A stretch of DNA of 64,000 bases from Octopus sinensis (Eukaryota). Positions 63,278 to 64,000 of this stretch are shown in pieces. Each line of letters begins with the position of its first letter. The stretch's first letter is position 1. The notes under the pieces were generated by a model. The model did no database searches. It worked only from the letters and a program-made list of their open reading frames with translations, and had not been told where the DNA came from. The stretch is from positions 8,680,001 through 8,744,000 of the forward strand of contig NC_042997.1 in the NCBI RefSeq assembly GCF_006345805.1, written 5' to 3'. The translations under genes were made by a program, and so were the position numbers.

Positions 63278-63416
63278 ATAGGGCATCCATCTGTAGGAAC
63301 TCTGCCTGATCAGATTGGAGTCTGGTGCAGCCATCTGGTTTGCTAAACCTCAGTCAAATTGTCCAACCCATGCTAGCATGGAAAGCGGACGTTAAACGAT
63401 GATGATGATGATGATG
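63278..63416 (+). mobile_element. Short RTE 3' end, (GAT)n tail
   Basis: GGGCATCCATCTGTAGG...CCAACCCATGCTAGCATGGAAAGCGGACGTTAAACGATGATG. Confidence 0.85.
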
Positions 63417-63479
63417 GTTTTCTTTTTTTTTCTTTATTCCTCTCTTCCTGTTTTCGATTTGACCTTACAAATACATTCC

Positions 63480-64000
63480 CTACTTTTAGGTCACTTTAAA
63501 TAAACCCTTGATTTAATAGCACTAAGTACAAACTCTGTACTTGGAATGACCAATTTTAAATACTATTGGAGTTTACTCAGAAGGTATTGAAATCTTATAT
63601 GTATACCATTCTGCCTAAATAATGGATCTACAAATGCAATATCCCTGCATATCTCACATCTATTTTCATTCCTCCACTTCACTCTCTATTTCATATCTTA
63701 TCTAAATTAACTATTGCTTAACCATTTTCTCACACCGCCTCCAATGAAGGGATATAAAAAATATCCTGGAAACAGCTGTAAGACCTATTTGTAAATGTTC
63801 TAAAATCTTCACAGCCTTGGTTTTTTATCTCATTCTGAAAAAACACTTTTTTATATATACACATGCTGATATATGACATACAATGGACTCCTTATTCACG
63901 TAATCACCGAACCTGGAGCTTAACTATGGTCTGTCCATAGCATTTACTCAGCATTACCTGACACTATTGGGTCTCATTGACACCATTACCTCTCATAGCC
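63480..64000 (-). mobile_element. Highly degenerate LINE RT fragment (runs off the window)
   Basis: Minus-strand remnants in order APGSVIT, GCEDFR, DIAFVD correspond to KAPG.DGIT, C.NYR and AFVD motifs. Confidence 0.45.

Overview
AT-rich, repeat-dense eukaryotic (metazoan) genomic DNA, most likely intergenic or deep-intronic. The SINE, RTE and Penelope families and the extreme (TA)n/(TCTA)n/(CAT)n load look like an octopus (coleoid cephalopod) genome; this is an inference from recognising repeat families, not a database result. No host protein-coding gene, rRNA, true tRNA or CRISPR array can be supported. Nearly all ORF-track entries are translations of microsatellites or transposon fragments. 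Contents: about 25 tRNA-derived SINE copies in 4 head families (several with clean target-site duplications, TSDs); about 14 RTE-LINE 3' ends ending in (GAT)n, plus RTE coding fragments; five Penelope-like element (PLE) remnants; a full-length but dead Tc1 transposon; mariner derivatives; non-autonomous Helitrons; CR1-like and Tx1/L1-like 3' ends; and at least ten long inverted repeats. The most notable observations are: a ~1 kb palindrome-of-palindromes foldback element (38063-39092); a set of hammerhead-ribozyme-like motifs at PLE-type termini, one nearly intact and two duplicated as hairpins; a perfect 33-bp hairpin in otherwise unique DNA; an RTE C-terminus with three C2H2 fingers; and a matryoshka-style Helitron. 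Coordinates of degenerate elements are approximate (within tens of bp).
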